From Oopsacas minuta (lineage: Eukaryota; Animalia; Porifera): DNA of 64,000 nucleotides. The notes beneath the pieces were generated by a model that made no database searches, had not been told where the DNA came from, and was given only the letters and a program-made list of their open reading frames with translations. The DNA lies in assembly GCA_024704765.1 (NCBI GenBank), contig JAKMXF010000088.1, positions 310,001 to 374,000 of the forward strand, read 5' to 3'. Made by a program: the position numbers and the translations under genes. How positions within the stretch are numbered: position 1 is the stretch's first letter; every line of letters begins with the position of its first letter. This document shows, piece after piece, positions 34,901 through 47,749 of the stretch.

Positions 34901-37900
34901 GTTGTAGTTGGCTTTCTACATCAGTCATTATGCACTTTATGCACATTACTAGGTTCCATATTGGACCCGTTGGGGTGAGGGTACATACAATACACCCTCA
35001 ATATTTCATAAGCAAAATTTAATTCTATAATACAGCTTAATAACCAATAGCCTGATATACTATGTGCTTCAAAGCCTCATTCCATACTTGATTACATAAT
35101 GTGTACGATAGGTCGTGCTAAGAGGACAGAAATTAAGACAGAATTTAGTAGAATTGTAGATTGTAACAAAAGCGCAGACAGACAACCTATACCAGTTAGC
35201 AGATCAGGGCGGCCTCTTAAAGTAGCTACAGGAAGATTATTACCAGGAGAGTGTCACGTAGCGAGGGTAGATACAAGCAAGAGGAAGAGAAGAGGTAATT
35301 CAATTTAAATTTCGTATTAGAGTCAGTAATTGCTTTGTTTAGGCAAATTGATTATCTTAAATATATACAAAATCTATATTTCAACCGATCAATTCCTTTC
35401 AAGTCGGTTAATACGAATTCAGAGTACAAATTTCCTTGGCCGTAATTCTGACACCAACAAGTTCTGATAAGTCTACTCAATCTTAATATCCATAGTAATC
35501 AATATAGAAAATAATATTTTGAATTTTATGTGATGACGTCAGTGAGATAATTTACTTTATAAGGAATTCGGATAAGACGTGCCCCTTTCGGAATCAAAAT
35601 CTATACGCATAGATTTACTTCCGGTGGAAAATGCTTATGGAATTTATTTTGCTGGAACTTATATAATAGCGAAAAAAGGCGTTTTAGGACCTGTGGGGAA
35701 ATACGTGTTTCCTTGTACTATATACCGCATTCCTAAGTTGTCAAGGAAGTTTCGTTGCTAGGAACGAGATTTCCGGTGAAAAAATATAGGATTTATAAGC
35801 AATTTATACGTATTTAATAATTCAACATTATTACAGTAACCTCTACTACTTCTCCACCTCAATCAAAGAAGTCTAAAACACACAAATTATACACAAACAC
35901 AACCAACACAAGTCCCACAACAACATTCCAAAACAATAAACCTCACAAAGGCAAACATATAACATCCATACAGAAATCGATAGTTCCCTGGACACAGAGT
36001 AAAAAGACCAACAAACGAACTACGGCTATAGCTAAGAATGAAGAAGAGAATATAAAGAATTCAATCTGTAATTAATACAGTCAATATATATATATATATA
36101 TCATCACTTTGTTGAGTTTACGGTAATAGAAATATTTAACGAACACAGAGTATTTGGATACAGATTTTATTCATTTTATAATTGAACTATATTTCTTTAT
36201 CATTGTTGATTTATTGATAACAAAATTTATTGAGTTTACAGTTGAAAATATGTTTATATTTTAGGGGTAAAATTAAGAAAAGTTTGGAATATTTAAAAAT
36301 CTGAACATCGGAAATTTTCTCAAAAATATTGTAGAATATTAGTCAGGAATTCCAATTAGGATAGGTTGTAGTGAGGGAAGTGCTGGAAGAATTTACCTAG
36401 GATTTTGCAAAAGTTTGCGAACCCCTGTATTATAGTATATCCATAGTCCAAATCATGCATATGGCTCAAAACCCAAACATACGTAATTATTCTGACTTAG
36501 GACTTCAACCTTTTTTGAATGTGATTTACCCCATGTCTGATTCTAAATCAAGAAAATAAACATTACTTTAGTAATAAAGTGGAATCCCAATCAAATCCAT
36601 GAGAAATATTTCTAACGTAAGACCAATTTGTAAAAAGTCCTAAGATTATGTAATGTGTCCCACAAAAAATTAACCAAGGTATCATAACGTTAATCATAAT
36701 CGTGTGTAATATAAGCTAATGAGATTAATGAGAGAGAAAGCTGTGATTCAGTTTATTTTATTCATACATCTTAATAGGGGTAATGCATAAACTAGACGTG
36801 TAGATGAAGTGATTGAATATAGTGATTCTAGTCAGTAAAATTACAGTTATTAACCGAATACAGCCGGTAAATGTGTGAATTAATGACGTCAAAAGGTGCA
36901 AAATCTCGTTTTTGGTGGTTAAAACGAAGTGGTTAAACTTTCATGATACTTTTCATTACGAGCGTAAACTCCGACAGTAATCAGTTTAAGAGCAAATTCA
37001 CCCTGATTTGAAACATGTCAATTATTAAAATTATACACAATAATATTCTCCTATTCCACGAGGCTAGATTACTTGTCTACGATGTTCCAGACGTCAATAC
37101 AGTATAGCTTATTATTATTATTAAATTAAAATATTTGATTGGAAAATGAAATGTGTCCAAAATGATTATTAATTAACCACATCGAAACTATTAAAATTCA
37201 TTACTCATTTAATAGACTCAGTATATACATCCGTATATCTTTATATGTAGTTATAATCAATAATTACAGATTGTGAATAATCACAAATTAGTAAAACTAA
37301 ATATAGCCACCACGTTAATCTACATCTTAAAATCATTGTACAATAAAATATAACTATTAGGACAATCAAATTTCAACTACTTCCTTTTAGATATTCGCAT
37401 ATGAGCATTTACAAACAATCTAACAATTGGATAGATAGAATTGTAAGAAATTACACCACCAGGCTGTGAATCATAAATTTGAACAATATCTATCGCACCA
37501 GTCCCTAGAAAACATGGATGAGAACAAGTAATGGTTTTTACGTGGCCTATTAATATAAATGGCTCAAAGCATTCGGACACGCTCCCTAAGTACCTTTGAG
37601 TACATCAGATATCATCCTGAATGCTGAAGCAGAAGACTTGATGCTACCTGATACTTTACTCTGTTTTTCATTTAACATATCAGAGATCGCGATTGTACTT
37701 CCTATTCCTGATTTAGGATTCCTGTTCTTGTATGAACTAGCCGTGGATTTCCGCAGATGTGCCTGAGCTTTCGCTTGAGCTTCTGATCTCTTTGATGAGC
37801 GTTTTTCATAATTCTTGAGTGATCTATCGAATCGAGATTAATTGCAAATATATTAGAACTCAGATAAGACGTACCCAAAAATTAGAACATACTATTCGAG

Positions 37901-40900
37901 TGAAAGTCTTATCCGAATAGAATTGTTTATTACAATGAATGGGAACTAATTTTTTGATAAACTCATAAATATGAAACCCCAAGGCTAGATTTCAATTCCC
38001 TTCAATGCCTCTCAATCAGAATAACAACTCATTTGTAATTTTCTTAATATAATAGGATATAAGAAAGTACAGTTTTACATTTACTATTATGATCTATAGT
38101 ACTCTACAATGTAGACACTACAAATCAGTAATGTTAGCATAACTTTTGTGGAATTACCTCCCAGTAAAACAACATGAATACTACAATCGAACTTACAATT
38201 TATTGGTCAGGAGAGTATTCCCGTGATAACTGATAGTTCAGCTTTGAAGTTGCATGATACAAAACACGAGCCTTGTATATAGCCTGTTATGGTAATGATT
38301 TGTTCATTCGAATTAAGATATTTTGAATGGGACATTTGCATTACTTATGCTGATAATGTTATACTCTAATTAGTACTACAGCTTGGAATTAGTTCCCAAA
38401 CGTAGTAATCATGTGGACTCGTATAATGTGATTTGCTTCAAAGTTTTGGTAACAGCAATGTAATTTTTAATTCAAAGCTAACAGTATTATCACAATCAGT
38501 CAGTCGATGTGGCTAGATTTATCCAATATCTTGAATTATACATGTGTGGCTATAGATTGTGTTTTAAATATTTCGTACAAGATGGAGAGATTGTATGGCC
38601 TTGTAATCTTGAAATTTGAGGTAACGAATGACAAATAACTTCGATTGTTCGCCAAGGTACTACAGTGTAACCTCTACAAACTTGCAAAATAGACTGAATT
38701 CCTGGAAGAATTTACCCAGGATTATAACCAGGAAACGTGATAATACTTTTCGACATCCCAGACAACACTATTTGTGGAGGTCATACTGGACAAAGTCGTT
38801 TCAAAAATAAAAAACAAAATAAATTTTCCCAAAAATGGTTGATCAATAATTCCAAGTAAATATTTTCACTAAAGATTTCCAGGGACTACCGAAATGGTAG
38901 ACTAATAAACCTTAATTATACCGCAAACCTCCATTTTTTGTGTCTAAGCTAATTCTATGAAACAGTTTAAATAATCCCCAATAACATTTGTAGCTAATTA
39001 TATTCGGACTATACTACCTCTAGATCAGTGCCAGGCGATTTGAGGTTATAAACTACAATTACTTGCAATGAATAAGTACATTAGAAATTCGTGTAAATAC
39101 ACTATTGATATGATTACGTCATGATAATGTATTAATTTATATCTGATCTAATTACAAGGATATTGCTCTTTACTATGACATAAGTATAATACTTGATTTC
39201 TGGGAATATTACCCAAGAGGAGTGATAAATTAGATTGTAAGTATAATTATAATTATATTAGTCAGGTTCCTAGAATATTATTTCATTGTTTGAGTGCCTC
39301 TAGTACCTAAATTTGGCAGGGATGGTTGTTTCACATTATAATGCTATGTACAGGTTACATGAAAATATTGAAATTCTATTCCATGTATTGTAATGGAGCA
39401 ATTATTTGCATGGCATTAGATACTACGTGCTTTTGAACAGTAATACGATAATATCATTCTATAACTAACGGTTTTAAAACCTTTCCTTCGCATTAATTAA
39501 TAACAAGTCTTAATTAGGAGATTCTGGTAGAAAGTATCCCTTTTACCTCATTCAACTTTTGCAATAGTAATACTCCATGAATTATACGCTATAACTGTAT
39601 AAGTTAATAGGGAAGTATCCTAAAGAACTTTAATAGATCTGTGAGCGTGGTTAATTATTGAGTAGTGATGGTAATAGTTTGCAAATATTGCTTCAAATTA
39701 TCCTTTATGCCAAATATTAATTTTACTGTGTGCAAGTTGAGTAATTTGCAATTATATAGATGTCGCGAATAATATAATGTAATAAAACACTCGTTGCTAA
39801 ATAAAGCGCGAATTGCTATTGGAGTAATTAATCCAAAAAATGACCTTCATATCCTGGAAAACTTGTTGGTAATGCAATTTACCTATTAGAGCAATTGCTG
39901 CATGGTATTACAATATTCCTCTAGAAACGGCACTAAATAATAGTACCTCGTTTTGAGTTTATCTACCAGATATTTGTTGGTTAGTTCCATCCTTACACTC
40001 AGCGTATCCAGAAATCTAAAGCATTCCCCGCGGTTATATTTTATCGCCAGGTGACTGGGATTCTCTCTAGCGTCATTGAATGACCAAATAGAAGCACCGG
40101 ATTCTAATAAACATCTCAGGTTGGAAAGGTTTCCATGAGCTGCTGCTAAATGTACAGATGTATTACCGTCTTTGTCTGGTTTATCCGGGTCAGCTCTGTA
40201 GAAGAATGAATAATATATATATTTGAGCATTCAACTCTATTTTACATAGAATTAGGAAATACAGGCGAACTTGTGATATATGTCATAATTATTTGTGCGT
40301 TATATTTTCGACTTTCTTGCAGCGCGGCGGCAGTTACTTGAATAAGACCGAAGTCCGCTAGGTTCTGCCGAGGTTCGGGCAATCTCTCAGTTCAGTTAAA
40401 GTGTCTAAATCTTTGCCCCTTTGTACCACCTAATTTTACATTTGTAACTATAACAATAGCTTGATAGTTAAGTGTAAAAATTCGCGAGTGATTTAAATAG
40501 TTGAATGTTTATATAAATAGCTCTTAAACAGCTGAACAATCAAATATCAATATGCAATGTAATCATTGTCCTCCACTGTTAGTTTCAAATATTTGTGTAT
40601 TTGTACGTATCACACGTAGTATACTAAATTAAAATTTTGGATAATCTGCATACAAAACGCAGACAAAAATGTTGAGAATTCAGGAATGCTGTCAGTAAAA
40701 TAGCCAAAATGTGATTGAGTTTATTATGTAACGATATGATAACCAAATAAAGTAGGGAAAAGTCCTAAGTACATTTACATGACATTGTGAAGCACTTCGG
40801 AGAAATTAAATTCTTTATTTAGTAACGGGAGATTATCACTTCAAAGGGAGAAACAAGCATATTGAGCATTCTCGCATTCTTGAATAAATATTACAGATAA

Positions 40901-42789
40901 TCACATTGGAGATGAATAATTAATTTTGTATTTATGATTACTCAAGAGACATCACTCATTATTTACAACTCCTCAGGCAACGTCTCTACCATATGCAAAT
41001 ACAGGTAGAAATTGTCTGAATTTATCAGAGAGTCTTCCAAATAATAAATAATCAAATCTTTGCTAGATTGTAATTTAATGGAATAATCTTCCATATTTGA
41101 TGATTGTCATCAAGATGGCTACTGTAATATGTTTTATAATATGTTAATAGAGAGGGAAGTGATAGCTAAATAATAGTGACTTTATGCCTTTATCAGACCC
41201 TCACTATCAAAACGTGTAATTACTACAATAATACTAGTTGTAAGTTTTACTGTTTCAATTTGATATTCGTGGTGAATAATATGGAAAATTTTCAAGAATA
41301 TTTTCATAAATCACGAAATCAGTACCGTAAACTGGGGTTACTTTGGCCCAAATATCAAAGTTTCAAAGAAACTAGATTAGATTCAGTATTATACTTGAAA
41401 ATGACTTACAAAAATTTTAATGAATTTTCAAATATCGATAGACAATTCGAATACAAATACAATATCTATTTGATACGTAAGCAAATTTCAATATTTGGGC
41501 TAAAGCAAACCCAGTGGGCCAAAGTAGCCCCAGTTTACGGTACATCATTATCGATTACGGGGCTGTTCTGTTCATATTACCAATGGGCGTTCAAACATTT
41601 CGTAAGGCCCTCTCCCCTTCCTGTGTCACGCTTTTTCACCATGGGTAATACAAAAAAAACGTGCCTGTTACACTTCGTATACCAACCTCTCCCCTTGCAG
41701 CGTTACGTAAAGTTTGACCAGCCCCTATCACAATGCTCCAGCACAACTCCCGAAAAAGCGCGCTCTCTTTCTCCCTACATTAGCCGTGTATCTAATGTAT
41801 GCACTATGTTCTAGACTAGAGTTCGATTTTCAAATGAATAATAATTACAATTATCCTCTGATATACATTGATTCCAAATTAAATACGTCAATAAATTGGA
41901 TTATACAATGAATATTTTTACATATATTATCTTGTATTCAAACAAGGAACTTTCAACCTTATTCCACAAAAATTTAGCGTATCAGCATATTATAAACCAC
42001 GATAGTAATAATATCTATTTTGAAAGATCTGAATTATCAAATGGGTAATATAATCCAATGAAATAGATCTTCATGATCAACAGTACACTACGTTCCTTTG
42101 CTCTAACATTACCTGGGTATTGCACTAACATTCCCAAGGCCACAAAGGTTATTCCACACTAATATCGTCGATCATATAATCAATATGTTAATTGCAGAGG
42201 GTAATTAAAATTAGACTGCCTTAAGACTGCTGAATAATCTGTTTGGTTAAATAAGTTAACTATAAGATTCTGTCGTCAACTGATTAATATTACATAAAAT
42301 ATCCTATAACCACAAAGTGTATTTGATGTTTCGAAATAAGACCAAAATTCTAAGGAAAAATTGAAATTACTTGCACGCTATGATTAAACAAATGCGAGAA
42401 GATTATCGCCGAATTAAATGTTTGTTTTCTCAGATAATTGCTTTGAATTTGCTGTGTGGAATTTATTTATTTTAATATATAAAATAATAATTACAGTAGA
42501 ACTCGGCTTAAGACGTATTTCGGTTTATACGTACTATTTTTTGTTTCCCGAGGGGCAACGTCTTATCCGAATTTACAATAATAACTATTCACCCCTTTGA
42601 TAGGAGTAGCTTTACAGTTTCACTGTTACTCCTCCAAGATGCCCAGTGTATTGGAGTTAAACCACTGCCATCTGGTTTATTGAGATCCCGCTTAGATGCT
42701 TTAATAATTCCAGCTAATTCTCCATCTCTTGCTGCCAGATGTAATTCTGTTCCTGGGATAGGCGGAGCAGAAGCTGGTTGCTGCATCAT
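31989..42789 (-). CDS. USH1G: USH1G/SANS (ANKS4B-family) ankyrin-SAM-PBM scaffold; exons 42789-42593, 40195-39947, 37823-37594, 33893-33669, [unresolved], 32265-31989
   Basis: Ankyrin N-terminus LHLAARDG..ASKRDLNKPD..G.TP.HWA..G|ADPDK.D..GNT..HLAAA.G...GASIW and C-terminal SAM IDLFSISLCSDEDLQAINVPLGPRKKI closely match recalled human USH1G. Ends in DSAV*. Junctions are phase-consistent except that a further exon is needed between 33668 and 32266. Confidence 0.85.
34310..36075 (+). CDS. Nested antisense 3-exon gene (34310-34670, 35112-35294, 35837-36075; 260 aa) in the USH1G intron
   Basis: All junctions are GT-AG and phase 1, giving a continuous ORF. N-terminal helical motif, Ser-rich middle, and a basic C-half with an RSGRP motif and KRKRR. 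Confidence 0.65.
41323..41542. mobile_element. Tc1/mariner-type MITE, full-length copy, in USH1G intron 1
   Basis: 26-bp TIR CCGTAAACTGGGG(T/C)TACTTTGGCCCA with one mismatch and TA on both sides. Second copy at 20873-21074. Confidence 0.88.
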
Positions 42790-44424
42790 CTAATTATTTA
42801 TTGCTAAAATAATAAAAATTGAAAGTAATTTATGAAATGACTTATTTCTAACTAAACGGATGATTTAGTAGTTTATCAGTTAGGGACATCATTATCTTTC
42901 AAGTCCTCTTAAAACACCTACTACAGTAAAACCGGATACAGTTATTATCGATTATAAGGACACCCTTGGTGGTAGCAAAATATGTTCCTATAAGCGATAC
43001 ACATTGTATTTTCAACAATTTTTCGCACAAAGAATTGATGGTTTGAGAGAAATAAACATATATGGGTCGATTATGTATGTTGGAAATGCTTCTATGTAAT
43101 CAGTAAAACAAATTGTTTATTATTGTCTATTGACGTGTAAACAGTAAAATAGTAAGCCTGAGAATTAGAGTTAATTGTTTATTTGAGGAAATGGAGCAAC
43201 ATTTCGTGAATTCTGCTTGCATATTTAGATATTAGATTTTCTAGTTATTTGATTATAACTAACGAAGCATAATTGCAGGCATTATTAAGATTTGTATATG
43301 CTGTAATTCTAGAAATAAGAGTGTAATATTGTTATAGCTGACGAGCTGATGAGTTTGCAAATTCTGAGTGTAATTGCAAAAGATTCGAGTGTTAGAATAT
43401 GAACATTTGTATCTTTGTATATTACTAGCTAGCCAATAATTGATGTTAATACCCATTTTAAATCTGCATAAATGGCTTAACAAGGCTACAATAATATGTC
43501 TTCTAAATTATAACAAAACAATAATTATTCAAAAGGTTGACGAGTTTAAAATTACATAAACAGAATTAAGCATAATTAATGGTTAAACTATCATAAGAGA
43601 ATTTACTGAAAACAAGATTGATAGTTCATCACGTGTTGTAAGCCTTAACAGTAATAGCTTTCTGTGACTTAAACCTATTGCTGTAAGAAGTTTGCAAGCA
43701 ATCTTGCTTGATAATTAGCCAGATTCTAAGGTGTGGTGGTTTCTAGCCAGCAACCTATATTGCTATCTAGAAATACTACAGCAATCAAATTGCGGAGTGA
43801 CAAGAATCATGGAGTAGCTGTGGAGATTTGTATGTAGCAGTAGGCTGCTGGTTAGAAAATCCTAAACAATGTAATTATAGTGGAAACCGCCAATTAGCAA
43901 ACGATAGTTTATACGAATTTCCTTGCTAATAGGCGAATTTGCTCTTTTCCGAACTATCTACAATACAAAACTACACTCAATGTCCATGAAAAAAGTTGTT
44001 AATAGGCGGTTTCCATTGTATAAAGCGACTTAGCTTGGACAACAATATATTCGTGTTAATAGGTCAGAAATAATTATCAGTCAATACAACTAGTATATTA
44101 TTCTAATTGTTTTCCATACCTAACCCTGAGGCTAACTATATGTTTTGTCATTTTTTGAGTTATAGCCGAATTTCGCGTTCCTACATTTAGATAAAACAGA
44201 ACATACACATATGAAGATGCGACGCATGTATATGTCTATATGTCAGGTCAGTCTGGATAAAACTAACACTCCATATCTAAAGATTGTCCCAAATGAAACG
44301 TGAATATTTTCACAGGATTTTCCCTAGAAAATGGGAATTCAACTCAGAAAATTAACAAAACGACAAAATAATCACAGAATTTACTATTTACATTATTAAT
44401 AATTTTATCAAAATAACAAAAATT

Positions 44425-44970
44425 CTATTTTTTATTCTCCTTTCTGGAGAATAAATTCAATCCATCCAAAAATTCTCTTTTTGTAATTCCTCTATCCACG
44501 TGTACACAAGTAACTCCTAGCAACGAAACATCCTGTATATTCCTCTCTTCATCGTCAAAAAATAACATTTCCTTATAAGGAAATTGTGAATATTTATGGA
44601 ATTGTTTAAAATGATCGACTTTACAGCCTGGATAGATTTCTTTGTAAGAAAAGTACTTATCGATGTCAAATAATTTTAGTAGATTTTTTGCCATGGGTGG
44701 ATCATCTGTTCTTGATGCTGCTGCAATAGGAATTTTAGCTTTTGATAATATCTCTAAAAGCTCTCTTGTATCTTTATATAATTTCTTTTTATCAGAGCTC
44801 CTAGATCCAATTATCCCTCCTTTACCATCGGATTTGTAATTCAGGTCATACAGTGTATCTGCCCAGAACGGCCAAAGTGTATAGTCCAAGTCGAATATGA
44901 CTAATTTAGGGAGAATTTTGGGTAGAATATGTTGAGATTCATTTTCCATTAAGATGTTAGCAGATGCCAT
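44425..44970 (-). CDS. MDP1: Magnesium-dependent phosphatase 1 (HAD family), intronless
   Basis: PKLVIFDLDYTLWPFW (HAD motif I), AAASRT, YFSYKEIYPG.K..HF and MLFFDDE.RNI.DVS.LGVTCVHV..G. Confidence 0.92.
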   Translation of the reverse strand: MASANILMENESQHILPKILPKLVIFDLDYTLWPFWADTLYDLNYKSDGKGGIIGSRSSDKKKLYKDTRELLEILSKAKIPIAAASRTDDPPMAKNLLKLFDIDKYFSYKEIYPGCKVDHFKQFHKYSQFPYKEMLFFDDEERNIQDVSLLGVTCVHVDRGITKREFLDGLNLFSRKENKK

Positions 44971-45529
44971 TGTAATACAACTAACTAGCTGTAAATTCAA
45001 TATAAATTGTTATCAACATTTTGAAGTAAAATGGTATGTAATTCTATTTTCATATGGTTTATGGTGGATGCTTACTTCAGCTATCTCAGATCATTCCAAT
45101 ACACTATGAACTGGCCATAGTTTACTCAACCATTTCCTGCTATTGTTTAGGAAAAATATGAATACTTGAATGACCAATACCTCATCGCAATTATTTTGTA
45201 ATTAGACACGGTTGAGTAGTAGCCAATTTCTCATTAAGCACATAAAGATAAGCTTAATAAACTAACTGATACAAACATATCGAGAAACAAACTGAAATAA
45301 TTAATCATAACTAAATTTAGATTCAGCAATTATGTTAAGTAAGTAATGAATTAAGATTATCAAATTGAATCAGATATCTGGAATTATCACAAAAGTTCAA
45401 AGATGCAAAATATGTAAACAGTAGTAAGCTTACATTACGAAACGTAAATACAATTCTTATGAGTACAGCAATTAATAAAATGCATAAATAGGGTAGAAAT
45501 GTTATTATTACTCAAATAATAATAACAAG

Positions 45530-46282
45530 ATGAATACATACATAAACATAGTGCATGAACAAATCTATGAAAATACTGTATCGAGTCCATGTGGATCGCC
45601 AGTGCGTCAAAAGTGTACAGGATATAGACCAAAAATCGTGAGACAGAATTCACCATATGGACCCCCAGAGAATGCATGGAAAAGCGTAGAGATACAAGAT
45701 TTATATGATGAACGGTTACAGCTTTTGCGGAAAGAGGAAGCACACACGATATGGAGACAAGAAACCGAGAAGAAATTGATTGAGACACAAGAGGAAAATC
45801 AGAGATTGAGAGGGGAAATGAAAATCCTGAGGGAAGAAAACGCGCAATTATTGAACTCGATACACCCGTTAGCACGAACTAAAAGGAATGTTGTGCAGAA
45901 TATACCTCCAAACAATGAAATAATATTTGCCGATAATTTCATGAATAGAGAGAGAATTGAAATTCCACATAGAAATACTCACGAGTCGACAAAATTCAAG
46001 AAAATGAGTGATGACATCAAAAGTTTGAATCTTGTCATTCAACAATTGAATGCGGATAAAACTGATTTAATTCATAAACAGGATAGAACAGATGAAGAAG
46101 GGCGATTAGCAAAAGAATTAGTGAGGAAACAGGAGGAAATGATTCGAGAATTTATCCAAAGAGATGAACAAAAATCGTTCGAACTATCAAAATTAAAAAC
46201 TAAACTTACAAACTATCAAAACGAGAATGCAAACTTGGATCTTATCGTCAAAGAAAATTTGCACCGAATTAAATTGTACTAA
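45530..46282 (+). CDS. Orphan coiled-coil protein, intronless
   Basis: 250 aa ORF with E/K/Q/R-rich heptad-like segments; no family recognised. Confidence 0.65.
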   Translation: MNTYINIVHEQIYENTVSSPCGSPVRQKCTGYRPKIVRQNSPYGPPENAWKSVEIQDLYDERLQLLRKEEAHTIWRQETEKKLIETQEENQRLRGEMKILREENAQLLNSIHPLARTKRNVVQNIPPNNEIIFADNFMNRERIEIPHRNTHESTKFKKMSDDIKSLNLVIQQLNADKTDLIHKQDRTDEEGRLAKELVRKQEEMIREFIQRDEQKSFELSKLKTKLTNYQNENANLDLIVKENLHRIKLY

Positions 46283-46395
46283 TTCCGATTACAATTAATA
46301 CATTGACCCTATTTGTTTTGTATACAACACCTTATTATAATTAAATGCTCAATACTCATTTCTTACAGTATAATCTCGTAACCTACAGGGAAATA

Positions 46396-46574
46396 TACTG
46401 TCAACTCCTGCTATATCGAATTTCAAGGGACCGCGATAATTACTTTGATATAAACGGAAATTGATACAACCGAGGAAATTACTTTGATGGTTTGGGACCA
46501 TATCTGTGCTATTTCTTCATTATAAGCGGGAATTATGATATATCCATGTTCGATATGACGGGGAGTTGACTGTA
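46396..46574. mobile_element. Pogo/Tigger-like MITE
   Basis: TA|ctgtcaactcctgctatatcgaa ... ttcgatatgacggggagttgactg|TA. Confidence 0.8.
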
Positions 46575-47749
46575 TATCAAGAAGCGCGAAAATTCAGTCA
46601 TAGCTCCAATATTGTAACACTAAATGCATACCCCGTGAAAATCTCAGAATGCTAATTGGGCATATGGCTTGTTTTCTTGGTAGCTTACCTGCTGCCTGGG
46701 TTTCGTATTAACAGTATGATAATAATATATCTAGGAAAATCCAGTTCAGAAATCTAAATAGGGAAGAAGTTGCACATGTAGTTTCATTGACGTATGAATT
46801 TATTATTAATAGATTATACTTGTTACTCATCCCCGCCCGTCCCAAATTTTGCCACCCTCAGGAAAGATTTTATTTGTATTTTTTCCAAATTTAAGGACAA
46901 TTTTTGGGTCACAGATTGTGCAATCCACATTTTACCACTTGTATAATTCAAAAGTTCAATATTTTATTCGTAGAGAAAATGTGATGCGATAATCGAACCA
47001 CCGTCCCAGTTTCCGGAGAAATTCCGGATGAGAAACAAGTAATGTATTTTACATGGCCTTAGATAATAAATCTAATTATCAACAAACATCCTACATTGTA
47101 CATCACTTCTAGCGTAATAAACGGGGAGATATTTCACCAATTCCAACATAATATTTATTAAGAATAATCCCTAATTATATAACTATTAGTTTCTTATAAT
47201 CATAACAATAATACAAAAGTACAAATATCTAACGTCAAGACAATACTTATAATAATATATTAAGAAATTCGTATATGCATCATTATCAATATATATTAAA
47301 TTTCTATATATAAACTTCTACTTAATCAATTGCTCATGGACATCCATGCAGTTTTCTAATTAAGCAGAGTCATTGATAAACCAATTTCGTATTTTCATGG
47401 TATACGTCATGATTTCGGACATATGCGCCGTTCAAACGTGACATAACGTTACATGAGTGTAGCAGGCACATTTATTTGTATTGGGAAAAGCGTAACACAC
47501 AGAAAAAGATTAATCTGACAAATTTTGGTGGACCTACCTAGACAAATTTATACTCCTGTAGGCGAGGCGATTTCCCTATATTAATCCCTGTGAATTTATG
47601 TATGTAAAACAAGCTTCAAAATTGGAGTGAGAATATAAAAATTGTAATAAAAAACTCGTAAATACAAACACACATAATATAAATAAAGTTCGTAAGTGAA
47701 AATAAGTGTAAACAGATTGAACAATTAACTAAACATAATTCTGAGACAT

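Noticed and set aside
41176-41814. 212-aa ORF as a real gene
   Set aside because: It runs through the 41323-41542 MITE and an adjacent repeat inside a USH1G intron; the openness is incidental.
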